Of a stretch of DNA of 64,000 bases, positions 50,040-64,000 are shown piece after piece. This DNA is from Fimbriosthenelais zetlandica (Eukaryota). Every line of letters starts with the position of its first letter. Within the stretch, counting starts at the first letter, position 1. The translations under genes and the position numbers were made by a program. The stretch covers positions 11,408,001 to 11,472,000 of the forward strand of contig OZ365118.1 in assembly GCA_977030845.1 (NCBI GenBank), read 5' to 3'. The notes under the pieces are model-generated. The model saw only the letters and a program-made list of their open reading frames with translations, had not been told where the DNA came from and did no database searches.

Positions 50040-53000
50040 TAATAAACCGCGGGCCCTGACCACGCCAACCAGGCACTGTTCTGGACCTCCCTGCGGGGGT
50101 CCATTCATCTTGTAGTGCTGTCCGAGGGGCAGAGCGGGGCCACATTTTGATGTCATGCCACCTCTGTAGACAAGGCGAGACGAGATCCTGGCCGCCAGCC
50201 CTCCTTGTTCCCCTCCATAAGCTGCCCCCTGGAGGGCCGGTCTGGCTGGCTCATGCCCTTCTAGAAATGATCGCTCCCGAGAGGACCTTGAGGAGAAAGG
50301 CCTGCTCCCGATTACTGAGATGTGTCATCCCTGGCCCTGCTGCTTATTCATTAGAACGAGACCTCGGCTGGCTTTTGCACACAAAGGGCACTGGAAGCAT
50401 CTACCAGGAGGGCCTAGAGCAACAAATCATTCCTCTGTGGCCAGGCCTCACTCCCAGGCATGGCCAGGTTTTTGAAGGATGGCAAGAAGCAAAGACTATG
50501 ACCTCGGGTTAGGACCCTTCCCCCCCCCCCTTATGTCCCTGTACTACAGAAGTCTCCACAATACAACACATGAAGGCCATTGTAATCTACATCATCAAAA
50601 GAAGAGCTGAGTTGGTTGGGAAGCTTTAGCTCTTCAGTGTGAGCTCTTTCATGAGAAAGTGTACTTTGTTTCAGGCATTGCCGAGGTAGAGGCTGTAAAC
50701 ACAGACACTGACGGCGGCCCGTGGTGGTGACGGCAATAGGAAATTTAATCATAGAGAGAGACGGGATTTAATCAGTCTAATGGTATAGCCCCATGACAAG
50801 GGACATGCCTCACTGTTGTCAAATACAACAACTCCTAAAAGGAAAATGGATGCACTGCAACATTATTTTGTCTAGCTTTGTTTGCTATGTTAACAATCAG
50901 TGTCGTGGGAGTCAATCTATAAGACTTCCCACTATAAATCTTACTCTAGATTTATTTTCTACCTCTGAATGGTCCATATATTATACACCTAGGCTAAATG
51001 GTAAAATACTTCAACCCAGCTTATTACAATTGCAGTTTATACTATATAGACAATATTTAACTGCAATTTGCAATTTCAAAATTAGTGATGTCTACCCAAA
51101 GGTCAATCATATGTCCAAAATGTAGGAAAGAATTTTCGCTCTGTTTCTATGAATATAGGATCGTGTATCCTGTATTTAGCTTACTAATGGATACAATTTA
51201 ATGGATACAAAATACATCCAAAACGTTTCTAATAGGATCTAAACAAGCCATGTCTGACCCAGTGATATCCTAAGAGTAGGGCTATAAGGCCTGTTATCTG
51301 CTAGGTTCCACATCAGATTACACACAATCTCCCTTCAGCGACTGCTTCGTGGTAAGGACCACAAATCTCCATATATTTTTTATCTATCTTTCCACTGGAC
51401 CTGCTTTTATCTCCGTATGGACTGAGCAGTCATGCGGGCATATATAGTCACGGCAGCCCCAACAGTTATATACCGGTATACCAAGCAAAAAAACGACACA
51501 TTCCATTCAGGCTTGCCTTGCAAGCCCACAGCATCAGAATCGAGTGGATTAATTCTTAGTTAATTGCCTGTGTTTCCTCCAGTAGGAAACCAGTCTAACA
51601 TATTTGCCCTCTGATCGTGCTTCTTCTGCACAGTGAAAAAGCCCCCACGCAATGTCTGGGAGCTGTGTCTACACAGAGCAGACTTTTGGATTTACCATGC
51701 AAAACCGGCAACACACTAATTAAGCCAAGTGACAATTAAACAAGGACATTTTTCTCGAATCTGTGGACCTTGAAGTCGATTCTACCTCTTTATACTTTAA
51801 CGTATTTAAAGTTAAACCATTAATAATGACGTTAGTTCTCTGCTATCCGTTTAGTGTGTCCCTCCCTTTATTTTCACTTAGTCCCACTCTCAGGGAGAGA
51901 CCCGGGTTTTAATGGAAAGTACATTAACTGTTTGTAACTGGGATACATATACAAACCATCCAACCGCAATTCCTCTTATCCTTTCCATTGCTTCGCCCTA
52001 ATGGGTTTTCCACTGTTAAAGTGGTGCTGAATTTATGTGGTCATATAACCTGGATTATCTGTTATCATCATTTAACAAAATAAATCAAACGAGTCGGTTT
52101 GACTCGATTTACCGATTTACAATGTTAACCCTAGGGACAATTTTTGCGCTAAAAAAAACTTTTTTTCTGAAACTGGCGAGATAATATGAATCTATCTGCG
52201 CCCCCTCCCCCAGCTATTCCTTGCAGAAAAAATGAATCTAAAAAAATATATACATATATATAGTCCTTCAGTAAACTATGAATTATCGTCTGGCTTGTAT
52301 ACACCGTGGTGGAGGATTGGCAGATGGAGAGATTAACGTTCCGTTCCGCGTGCTAAGCTTGATTTATTTACCCTTTTCACGGATCATTACGTGATAAGCC
52401 AATTGTATGAGCTCTAGAGAGCAGAGACAGTTGCCCATATATGACCAGTATGTAACTATAGCACATACCCAGGGCTTTAATTTCATAATTCTTATCATTA
52501 AAACAGCCAACAATTTCGTTTTACCATCCTTTTCCCATAATTTATTTTTACCTAATAATGCTCTGCCAACGAAGTCTGGATAGGATGCAATATTATTGTG
52601 AAGTTGGGAGAGAAGATGGGGCTGTTTGCTTGAGGTGTCAGTGAAGAGGCTTACACTATTGGCACCAATCTTACACCTTGAAGGCACTCAGCGCACGCCT
52701 AGAAGCCACATCCCTGCTTCTCCTACCATTAATCGCTCCTTTATGGCCATGCCTTCTCTCCGCATTGTTTGCTGAAGAATATCTTAACGGAACAAAAGAA
52801 TTATAATCCCTCCAGTGTATTTGCCAATAATATGGTGAGTAAACGATTGTGTCCACACACTTGAGTTGGGTGGTTACTCTTGGCCTTCTCTTTGCAATAA
52901 ATGGTTGGTATTGGTGCCACATTAATGGTAATGTAGCTTTATACGTTCCTATTATATTATACCACAGAAGAGAAACTATTGGGACAGGCACTTTAATTTT

Positions 53001-54500
53001 GAGTATGAAATTTTGGAATTAGCAAATCAAATTTACGATTGAGGTCTTTTACGAAGGAATAAATCTATAAAGTTTGGTATTAGAGCAAAGATATAGAACG
53101 ACAAATAAATGTACCGGTTCATTCATCTTCTTATCGGTTTTTTCATCTTTTCTGGGCCATACAGGCCAAGGTCGAAACGAGCAATATAGACAATTGTAGA
53201 ATGGTAGTTAGCAGCATCAGGGACTCGAAGTGAACCTAAAATGCCTGTGGACTCACTCTCAGGGGGATTAGATCAACAAACACCACAGTGAGCTTACCGA
53301 CCTGAAACTGGGTCCACAATGCACTCTCCAACAAATAAAACGTCAGAGAAAATGTCGTTTCCCGATATAGAGTTGCCAAAAGAGACTTGACTGCCATTTT
53401 GGAGTCTAAAACCAACATCTAACAATTATGTCGCGTGGGTGGATACATTTTTTTCCTTCCACATCAGCTCAACAGTTAAATTGTAATTGGTCTTTAAAGC
53501 TATTTATGGTCCCTGAGTTTTGTGGATTAAAAAAAATCATCATTCATCAGCAAAAAGGATTTTGCGGTAGACATCCCCAATGGCCATTTATTTTCCACAA
53601 TAAATAATTTTCGGATTTGCACTGTTATATCCCCTCTCCGGAAATAGAAAAAAAAATCAGATCAAATTTCAGATTAAATATTATTTCTGGGAACTTAATA
53701 TGGTCCAAAATATGGCCTGAGACAAGCATAATTGTTAGCCGACTCTCTCGGGGAGATGGATGTCCTTTCATAGTCAATTTAATCATGTCTTACTCTCGTT
53801 TTACCCACAAGCATCAGCGACCCTCGACCTTAAAGCCTTCATTGACTATAGAGCCCACCCACAGATCAGTCACCACTGGTGGGTACAGTTAGGTGATTAG
53901 ACTGGGAAGGTGCACATTGTGCATACATGTAGGCTTCCAGGGTGTGCACACGGAGCCTTGAAAAGCTTTGAATTTGGGGTGAGGGGAATTCCAGACCTGG
54001 AATAGCCTTGGAAATGGTGAAATTGGCCAAAAGCCTTTAAAAACATAGGGGTGGCCTTGACCCATCAAGCTTTGTTTGGGTGCAGGTACCAAACCCAGAG
54101 GTTAGGTGCAGTGAGGTAACTTACATAACTAGCAAAGTTTCCGTGCAAATGGGCTAGGCCTATTATTCAACAGAAAAATCAGTCATCGGCTGGAAAAAAA
54201 CGTGTTTTGCCTGCCAAGAGCAGGGAAGGAACAGGACAAGCGAAGATTAATGTAAGTCCTAAGTGGGACTCACAAAATCTGTTTTCGGGGTACATCATAC
54301 TGTTCTGCTCGCCCTGGGCTTGTTTTATAAATAATTTATTAAGAGCTGCTCTCGTGCCTTTTCTCACCAATACCATATCTAGGCTTGGGATGCCCTGAAT
54401 AACTATATGCACCCAACAACCAAAACTCCATAATCATTGTTTATACTCTTTATATTATGGGTCAAGTTATATTTAAGTTAAGTTAATATTTGTTCATGCA

Positions 54501-54803
54501 GTCCACCATGGAGGTGTAGTGGTGAGAGTGTCTGTACCGTGTGTGGAAGGTCACCAGTTCGATCCACGGCCGGGTCAAACCAAAGACCAAAAGTAGTGGC
54601 TCCCTTACTTGCGACTCAGCAAGAAGAGGGCAGCATTATGACTGGTCGGCCTGGTGTCAGAATAATGTTACTGGGTGAGGTATCATGTTATGTGCCTGCG
54701 ACGCGATATAGGCTGTCAGTGAGGCATCACTATACAAGAGCATTGGGCCCGTCATGATATATAACTAAAAATTGTTATATAACTTAAAAAAGTGACGTTA
54801 AAC
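54501..54803 (+). mobile_element. tRNA-derived SINE, near full length
   Basis: A-box-like GGTGTAGTGG and B-box-like AGTTCGATCC, then body actggtcggcctggtgtcagaataatg...ctgggtgagg. Homologous copies on the minus strand at about 4.5, 40.9 and 42.6 kb. Confidence 0.8.
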
Positions 54804-57800
54804 ATGTATGATCTTAGAGAGGAATCTACAGAATCTACCAGACATATTTCGGACCTGTACATCATGATAAACAGGATGTAGATTTATGATGTTACGAGTC
54901 AGGCTACACGTCCTGTGTTTTCTTTTAACGGTTCTAACTGACTGTAAACAATGACATTAAATCAGGGTCAGAATCAGATATCCTACAGTTTCCTCTTCTT
55001 TTTATGCTACAAGCTTCCGATTCTGGAACAATTCCTCAGTATTTTATTCTCCAAGGAATTTCCAAGAAGTACTTAAAACATAATTGATTGAGGAAGGAAA
55101 AATTCATCAAGGGTGAAATCGGTACACATTATAAAGTGTATGGATGATTCATATGTCCTACCAGACACTGATTGCACTTCACCTTTACATTAAGAAAATG
55201 CCTAGATGCATTAATGTACATGTATAGGTATAATTTTGATTCTAAACCAGGGTTGCATCTGCATGGGCGACTTTATGATTTAGAATAAGAGTTTATAAAA
55301 ACAAATAGGGTTTAGCTCATTGACATAACTTTCGTGGCTACAGCATTGACATAGCCTTTGGATCTAGATGTTAACTAATGTACAGGCTACAGGTCTGGTA
55401 TTGCTCTGTTTTCGATTGCTTTGGACCCTCACACAAGATCTGAAGCCTCGTAACTGTGAGTGTTGAAATGCCTCTTCACTGAGATTGGTTTAGATCCTGA
55501 CCAAGCGACCCTGATCTCTGAGAAGACTGTAATTGAAAAACAACACCAGACGATCGTTTTCTACCCACAATTTTTCATTCTATTTCATGTCATGTCCCTA
55601 TTGTTTCCTAGATTCTTTTTGTTTTTTTCTATTGTTTTACACTTTTTAACTCGTAGTTTCAGTTCATTCTAATTGTAACTTCGAAAATACTATGTGCAAA
55701 GTACAATTACGATTCCTTGGGAACAGTATTTCGTGCTAACAAGTAGGTGGGAATGGCAACATTATAACGTGAAAAGGTCGAATTGAACATTATTAGATAC
55801 CTCTAAATGTTCTTTAATTTGTTTCTTCCAATATGTGGAATTATTGAACACAAGGTGGTCACCATGGCAGTATACTGAGGTTTCTACAGGCCTATATTTA
55901 GCATATTATGATGATACATTCACATTTAGCATCATAATGACCATTAATTACATCCTAAAATCCTAAAACAGGAAGCATACCCTCATTCCAAATGACAGTA
56001 TTAAAAACACAGATCTATATGCTTTTAATCCTCTGTAAAGCAGTAAGAGTGTTTAAAGTGTTTCAATTCACGGGGATTTCATTCATACTCGGAATTAATC
56101 TGATCAGATGCACTTATCCCAATCAATATTGAATTGCAATTGGCTTTTAAGCTCTACCACTCTGTCATAATGGAATGAGATGTTCAATGTCTGACAGTTT
56201 AACTGTCAATAAGTCAACACCCAGTGCCTTTATTGATGCGTCAATTCCCAATTCCCAGTCGAAGCCCGACCATCCTTCCTTCGTCCTCCATCCTACCCGG
56301 CCACCACCCACTGCCTTCCCTCTCCCCTCACCTCCCTTATTCCTCACCCCAACAGATAATGAAAAATGGCACCAATATATTGTCGCGTTAGAGAAAAAAG
56401 GCCCATTGTTCCAGGGCGGTAAACACCCATTTACACCCATTTCAGCTGCTGCCTATTGCAGTGTTGATAAATGATAGAAAGGCAGCAGAGCCCACCTCCC
56501 AACTCCTCTTGTATACCCCCATTGCCAATCACTCAGAGCCGAGGGAATCGCTCAGAGGAGCCCCTCAACAAGACGATGCCTGCTCTATTATTGCTCTTGC
56601 ATATAGCCGACACCGATTTGGCTTAACCGACGAGACACGGTGGTCTGCGGGATGCATGACCGACCTGCACAATGGGCCAGAGGGGTGCTGGACATAGAAG
56701 TGGAGCTGGAGACAAATGGCTGTGTCAGACGTGCCATGTTGGCCTCACTATATTATCATCATGACTGTGGTGGACAAGACACGCTAGGTGTATAGCAGGC
56801 TATTCCTCTCACTGCGAGAAAAGGCCCGCCCCAAAGCCCTTAAATCCATATTACCACCGTTTCTCCCCTCAGATCACTGATGTGTTTTCATGCCTTTGAC
56901 CATTCCAGCCAGCACCCCATATGTACTGCTAGCCAGCCATGGTTCTTCTAATAATTTTAGAATCCCTTTAAGTCTGATCAGAAAAAAAGCATTAAAGAAA
57001 TGGAAAGGTATTCCAAGAACATGGTACAAGACGAAGGAAGGACATGGGGTTTTATGAGAAGATAATGCGTCATCAGCTAATGGCGTCGCTATGGCGGCTA
57101 GCATCCATAGACCAATGTTATCATAAAAAGGGACAAATATATATCAAGATCTACATTTATAGTTAACATTTATATTGTCCTTTTTATATTTATTTGAATA
57201 ATATTTCCAGTATAGGACAGCATTCACAGTGCATGGAGATGGAGTATATATATATAGGTCTGTGGTGGGAGCAGATAGCCAGCTCTGCCACCCACCACTG
57301 TATTCAGACACCCTGTTCACCCATCACCTGGCTGACCCTGGACAAGACAAGCTTTCATAAAGCACTTTAGTTGAGGACATACATCATTCATGGACGAGTT
57401 CATCCCACAGTGGCCAACAGTTAGCCAGCCGCCTTGTATAGCCAGACACATGGTCTGGCCTGTATATATGTACCAAAGTCTAGCTCTGATGTAGGCTCAA
57501 ACAATTAGCTGGATCTCACAAGTTGGGAAACAAGGAAAATTAGGAATAGTATCGGGGACGATCTACGTAAAGTTATTGGGATGTGCCTGATTGTCCGAGT
57601 CATTTCACAACCTTCCGCATGTTCAAGAACAGAACTTTTCATTTTAATGGAAGGGGATCCACTCGTTACTGAGCTGATCCACCAATTTACTAAGTTACAT
57701 CAGAATCTGGTTCGCGAACTAGGGAATTCCATGGCATTCAAATGCTTCCAGTTCTCCCCTCAGGGAAGGCCATGTGGATGGACCTTCGCAGGCTATTTGG

Positions 57801-58059
57801 GATGTCTTCGTGTTTATAAGCTTGAACGCACACAACCTGTAGCCTAATACAGTGCATGCACAAAAATAATCGTTTGTTATTATGGCCTGTTCAAGGGCAT
57901 GTCTGGTAGCTAGCAGATAAAGTATCTGATAGTTGATCAACTAGGCCATTGTACAACCATAGGCTTAAATATTGCTGTACAATGAACTGATAGGACAAAG
58001 GTATTGACATAATTATGTCCATATAAATAAACAATCCCCATTTATATAAGATTTTGGCA

Positions 58060-58206
58060 ACTGGCGAGGTCTTCCATCAGAACTCCCACCACCCTCGGCA
58101 ACATCCGTGTGGAATTCTTACCCTTGTTGGGCTGTCGCCCAAGTATGCCTACCCTCGCGAAACCCTCGCAATCAATCTAAGCACATTAAATAAATAAATA
58201 AATAAA
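58060..58206 (+). mobile_element. Probable 3' end of a non-LTR retroelement with (TAAA)n tail
   Basis: GC-richer stretch ending ...ctaagcacat(taaa)4; inferred from tail structure only. Confidence 0.35.
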
Positions 58207-60935
58207 ATCTTATTCAGTGTAAATCAGTCTGCCAAGGGCACGCTTAATGCGATTGAGAGGTCACTATATATGCAACCCTTGCCATCCTTGTACAATATAT
58301 TATGGCTTGAATATCGCTCATAGATCCTTTCAAACAACATTTGCTGACATTTTTCTAAAGGCATATTAGCACAAAACCAAAACATCCAGGGCCTTGTTTT
58401 AGGTGGTAGAGAAAACATTAGCGCTGTCGGTGTTTAATAATGCAGGGCGGGTAGCAGGGCTAGCTGTATAGGGGTCAGTGTGGATGACCATTACAGGAAT
58501 TGACCACTGACCACTGTCCACTGATGTTCACCAGGTTCCCTTCTAACACCTCTCCCATCATGATGAAGCCACTTGGGATTCAGTAAGAAGACTGGCTGAA
58601 TTTTCTCCCTCTGTTTTATTCAAGCTCAAATGCATGTCATGGCATTACATGAGCAACTGTGCAACAACCTTAGTAGTATTTAGGGACAGATATATATGTG
58701 TGTGAAATACAATTGATTTACACCAAAGAAATGTTGCACACTTTGGCTCTGAAATGCATTTATAGGAATAGGATTTTGTTGATAAATAGGATGTGAAAGA
58801 AATGATGAATCGAAGAGTGGGAAATTGAATTAGAACAGTATACGTAAACTCTAAGCTTACAGCCTGCAACTCTGCAGGCGTTATAACGCCTCCGTCAAAG
58901 TATAACAGTTCTATTCTTTACTAAATTGATCATTACCTTGTAGTAGCTTTTACCACCACAATGATATCATGACTGTTTGCTGCTAACTGCAGTTGGAGAG
59001 CAAAGTTTGTACATTATACATCTACATACCCATCATTATACACAGACACTGTTACTACGGCGAGGAGAGCAGTGTCAAGGGTGACCTTATGATGAGAGGA
59101 GTACCAGGATGAGCAGACTGTAACAAGACATAACAAGGAAGGCTATAGTGATCAGGAGGCCCTCCATGACACCTTCATGACCCTCATACTGCCATGAATA
59201 ACTACTGACAGACAGCAGACATTTACTATAGTAATAGGATCCTGTGTCATTATTGTCCACGACTGCAACTACACAGATGGCCTTTTTCATAATACTCTAC
59301 ATCATATGCAGTGATTGTCCCCATTGCACGAGTTTTCACGAGCCTCTTGACGTGACACTCATGAACAACGGATGGTCGTCTAAAACAATAAGGATTATTT
59401 TATTGTAGCGATTTAATATAGTTCGCAGTGTAGTGCCACAAGGGAGTTTTGCCGTTGGCAAGATATACACTTGTGAAATGACACCAGTGTATCAGTTCAT
59501 GGAAATTGCCCACATTTTCAAACAGGTTATTATAAAACAAAATTCAGTTATTAAAGTCTAATAGAACATACGTGAACTTTTCCTAACTATATACCTGCAA
59601 TATTATTGAAGCTCTTCAGGCATGGGTTTTCTTTGCCTTATATTTGTCACTTTAGATAAAACCCAGCTATACGTCTCCATCTGTATTATAATGATGGACG
59701 AGGTATTGAATTTTGTTAAAGTACTTTATAACTGAGAGTAAAGATTGGATGTTATCTGAGGTGTCTGTTATCAGTCCTTCTATAACAGAGCATTCGTCCA
59801 CGTAGAGTGGTGTTCACAGTAGGCCATGGAAACGACCCGAGCTCGCTTTTCATAATACCTTTATTGATCATCACATATAAAAGTCTGTCTGATGGCGTGA
59901 TTACATTTCCTAGCTACCATGTTTTGTTTTTATTTGATCAGGGACAATGGCCTGTCTTTGATGTTGTTTTTGACATTCCCTTGTGTGGATTAGTGACGCG
60001 CAAGCATTCGACTTTCGCTGTGTTAGCGCTTCCACATTGAACCCTCAAGACCAATATCTTTGATATGGTCTTGCTTCGAAGTCTGGAATATTTTACAAGC
60101 AGGCTATAATTATGTGTTTCTTTACGATTCAACAGTAATTGAATTTACAGTGGTAAATGCCTTTAAAATGTGTTTATTGAAATATACAATATAACAAGTT
60201 GAGGTTGAAAAAGTAATATGTTTCAGGAGCAAGAACAATGTCTAAAAATGTTGGCAAGGGTGTATAGAACTCGATTGGAAGCAGGATCCCCACCAGTCTT
60301 TGTATATTGAATGGGAGCAGTGCATAGAGGGAGCGGGGGAGTGAATGGGGTTGGTAGATCGGGTAGAATGAGAAGGAGTTGATGGGTAGAATGGGTAGGT
60401 TTAATGCCAACAACTCTTCATACTCAATACTTCAACACCGTATTCAGCATTAACCTGATCAATAATCAAAGGAAGGACATTAGAAGTAAGGCGACCAATG
60501 ATGCATGTACTGTACTAAGCATGCATTAACAGAATACGGTGCTGCAGGCCTAATGAGCTAGCTTTACACCAGCATACCTTCAAACGGAGATGGTATGATC
60601 AAGCAGGGTATCTATATACTTGATGACGGATCTAAGGCCTTTTCATCCCACAATGAAGGGAACTTGAAAACTTTTTCAAATTCCCCTAGGGAAACTGAAA
60701 ACTAATTCCTATGGGGGAATTTACAGATTCCTGCCCCATTTTCAAATTACCCCTATATCTAGGCTCCAACTTAAAGAAATGTTAGAACTAAGAAAACAAA
60801 TCTATACTTTCACTTCAGAGTCCTACGCATGTTTAAATAGAAATTTAACATCTATTTCCCATCCAAGGTCAAATAAAATCGGTGAAATGACATTGAGCAG
60901 ATACTTTAAAGATAAACACAGCTTTGGTTGCTTAC

Positions 60936-61001
60936 AGAAACAGAAAGTGACAGGGTGAGGAAGACTTGTAAAAGTGGAACTCGATTAAAAACACCAAACA
61001 T
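60936..61001 (-). CDS. VEGF: PDGF/VEGF-family growth factor, probable coding exon 1 (signal peptide)
   Basis: ATG at 61001 gives MFGVFNRVPLLQVFLTLSLSVS (22 codons, hydrophobic core), then a GTAAGC donor in phase 0, matching the phase-0 acceptor at 49244. It was the only signal-peptide-like phase-0 donor I found between 49.3 and 64 kb. Confidence 0.6.
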
Positions 61002-63120
61002 TCAGTGAGTACACAGCTGACAACCAGTGGCGCGTTTGGAGAAAAGATTCCAACAATTGAAATATCATATGATCGACCCCACCAAACATTTAAACTATCT
61101 GAAGAGATTCAATACTTCACTGTGTGGATAAACTAAACATAGGGAGTCTCGAGAAATGTGCTGGTATTTTGATGTGGGATTGTTTATTTACAGACAGAAA
61201 CACAATTTGAGGGTCTTGCCTATCAGGGTGTTCCTATTGGGTGTAGGGTTCTTATAACCAATTGGTTACATGCTGGTGCTATACGGACCTAAACAATGGC
61301 GAAAGACCCGTTCTATCCAGAAGAATGGAATTCAAAATTACCACATCCAACAGGGGTAGAATCGAGTTATTCATTCAGACATTGTCACAATTCCCCGCTA
61401 ATGATCTCTAAATCATGACCGTGACATTTCCCATTCCACGGCTTTTTCTATAGACATATCCATCACACTATCTTTTTACAATCTTGATATTTTCATTGGG
61501 AACATTTCCTTGGGCAATAATTATATTTATTTATTGACCAAAATTTTACTATTTGAATCGGCTGGACGAATCCAAACCCCATAAAACCATAGTCTCTGAG
61601 GGGGTCTACATTATTGAATCTTTCTGTGGCAGATGGAGCTTGTCCAATCTCTAGCCGCCAGATTTTTGTGGCTTGGAGATATGCCACCCACGAGGCGGCA
61701 CCATGACACAAGTGTCATGATGACAGGGACCTGAGAAGCAGAAGGAGTTATGTGTAATCATTTAGTCCGGCCTATAGTTGCTATTAACGGCATCATGTCC
61801 CGGTCTATGCATGGCTGTCGTGTATCACGACAATGATCGTGGTTACGACATTCAACCTTTTTTTGACAGGAGGTCGCGTCAAACGCCGCGAGATTCTGCG
61901 AGGTCTGTGGCCAGCCAGACCACATCCTGGTACTTGAGTACCAGATTAATACCCTCTCTATATCTGACTCTATCGCCAGATGTGATAAGGTTTTCGTACA
62001 CAAGTGTTTTAGGTTTCATCTTGAATGTACAACTCCATTAAAAGCTGTCGTTGATAGTGTAAACGATTGGCCAGTGGAGGGCAATTGCAAGAAGGATATT
62101 TCTGAGCAATTGGCAATGTATGCTATCTCGCCCACTCGTGTATACATTGGTAGTGTGTTTTCCGTGAAACGCACTGAGTCGACTGGATCTGTCTGACTAA
62201 ATTCATTTCCTTGTACTGTTGACTCTCTTACCTCCTAAATCAGTCGATAATAGGGCTAACAACGGTTCCTTATACCCCACAGCTGGTTTCTGGGGCAACC
62301 TGGCAGGTTTTTAAATACTAGGTCTACCTACATTTACAGTGGGCAACTGTGTATGTGATTCTGAAGTACATACACTAAATCCATGTTATATTATACTGTT
62401 GGGCATTGAGATTTTAAAATTACCCCTAAACTAGTCTTAAAATAATTGAACTAAAAGTGCCCAGTGGGAGCTAAAAAGGCCTTTTCCCAGAAGTATATCC
62501 CAGTGAGATGCATGTCAGTCGAAAGACCATGGAATTCCATAGAATTGCATGGAATGCAGTTGGGTCTTGGAACGTGAATGACCAAACTCTTGGAGAATGG
62601 AGAATTGCATGCACGCCTCCAGTGTGTGAGAGCATCATACTGAAAGATCTGCTTAGTGAAGCTAGATCGTAAATTACTATACAAGCATGCAGGGGAACGA
62701 TCTGTCAGCATGCAAACGTTAACTGACAGGAAGCAATCATGTTTTACCTCAGGTCTTTGATAAACCTGCCTCTTTAGAAAGCTAATCTACTGGGTTCTCA
62801 TTCAAACTGCCTCTCAGCTTTCTATGTATGCCTGTCTGTGCCTTCAGATATCACAGCATGTCAGGGATATCTGTTGCATGACATCACGGCGTCATTCCTA
62901 ATACATTATATCGGTCTCTGCTCTCTTCTACTAAAATGCCTGACATGCATGGTCGTAAACAGCTCAGATCGTTTGGAAACATTATAGGTTCTCACTATAT
63001 ATATATATATATACAGACTAAACAGTAAACAATGGTCAAGACAATTACAGATAACCAAAATCGATTGCCCTGCCACCTAGTGTATGAAGAAAAACGTCCA
63101 CTTGCAGGACTCCACCGGCT

Positions 63121-63134
63121 ACTTCCGGTTTATA
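63121..63134 (-). promoter_or_regulatory. Candidate VEGF core promoter: TATAAA next to an ETS-type CCGGAAGT
   Basis: The minus strand reads cataTATAAA-like catataaaccggaagt about 2 kb upstream of the ATG exon. A gag|GTAAAA donor near 62747 could end a non-coding first exon. Motif match only. Confidence 0.25.
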
Positions 63135-64000
63135 TGTATTGCCATAGTGAGGAAGTGAGGAATACATTTACTCTGGGAGTCCAAATTTAGACAGAAGTAT
63201 CCCATGGTTTTTCAATACAGTAACATACATTCTTGAAGTTTTGTATATTCAAAGACTGGGGGAAGAACCTTGAGAGTCCTCCATGCCAGACTCAAGGCTG
63301 CAGGGTCAGGAGTCAGTCTGGTACAATTAAGCTGGCTGTCAGGTTCCACCATCAGTCACAAAGTGACCAGCGGAAAAACCAAGAACGTGAGTAGTATAAG
63401 ATGAAAAGGGAGAGTGGCTTTAGTTTCAGGCATACACCATCTACTCCGCCAGCTGGTGTTTGTCCACTGCATAGACGCCACACCAAAGACAGCCATCCAA
63501 CAAACATTCACTCTTAAACGTCACCCTTTTTAAATGCTCGTCACCCGAATATTTCATCTAGTAGGCCCTAACACCTGCAACCTTAAAGTGCATAAATTGT
63601 ATTTAGTGTCCAAAGGTCAAAGCCTCTTCTTCATTCTGATTGGCTAACCAACACCACGTGACATCCTGTGACATCATAGCTGCTAAAGATGGCTGACCCT
63701 CATGATCTCTTGCTCTGGGGCGACTTATCATGTTTAGGACTTGATTTATCTTTACTGGGCCAGCTATAATTTGTAGTGAGATCGGGGTTAAACCTAATGG
63801 GGGCACTGTCAAAATTTGCGACATCCATTGTGACAATTTGCGACATTCATTGCCATTTTGCGACATCCATCAACTTTAAATTTCCATCCCAAATACACAC
63901 AATAAAAATACTCTTCCTAAACCATGTCTAAACCTTCCGATGGTGCCGTAGAAATGCGATTGAACTCGATTGAAGAGCATGGCATCCGAGACCTGGCCTT

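Noticed and set aside
50531-50690. QSTLSHERAHTEE resembling a C2H2 zinc-finger end, after a tttacag acceptor
   Set aside because: Only one properly placed Cys, no repeated fingers and no partner exons.
53296-53400. MAVKSLLATLY... as an alternative VEGF signal-peptide exon
   Set aside because: Its GTAAGC donor is in phase 1, incompatible with the phase-0 acceptor at 49244, and the hydrophobic core is poor.

Overview
AT-rich, intron-rich animal genomic DNA, probably from an invertebrate deuterostome such as an echinoderm (inferred from the protein style; not verified). The main feature is a minus-strand PDGF/VEGF-family gene. I reconstructed six coding exons by hand (61001-60936, 49244-48848, 25088-24865, 18266-18151, 17831-17697, 16097-15914). 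All GT-AG junctions are phase-compatible and give 1122 nt = 373 aa plus stop: signal peptide, very basic pro-region, complete 8-Cys cystine knot and Cys-rich tail. Exon 1 is the least certain. Downstream of the gene (1-13 kb) lie a caspase pseudogene fragment carrying both SHG and INAC motifs, several orphan exon-like segments, a solo LTR and a foldback element. The VEGF introns hold tRNA-derived SINEs, several MITE families (two with TAA target duplications), tandem repeats and at least two decayed class A GPCR-like remnants. No prokaryotic genes, CRISPR arrays, rRNA or convincing intact tRNA genes were seen. All analysis was by eye; no database searches were run.
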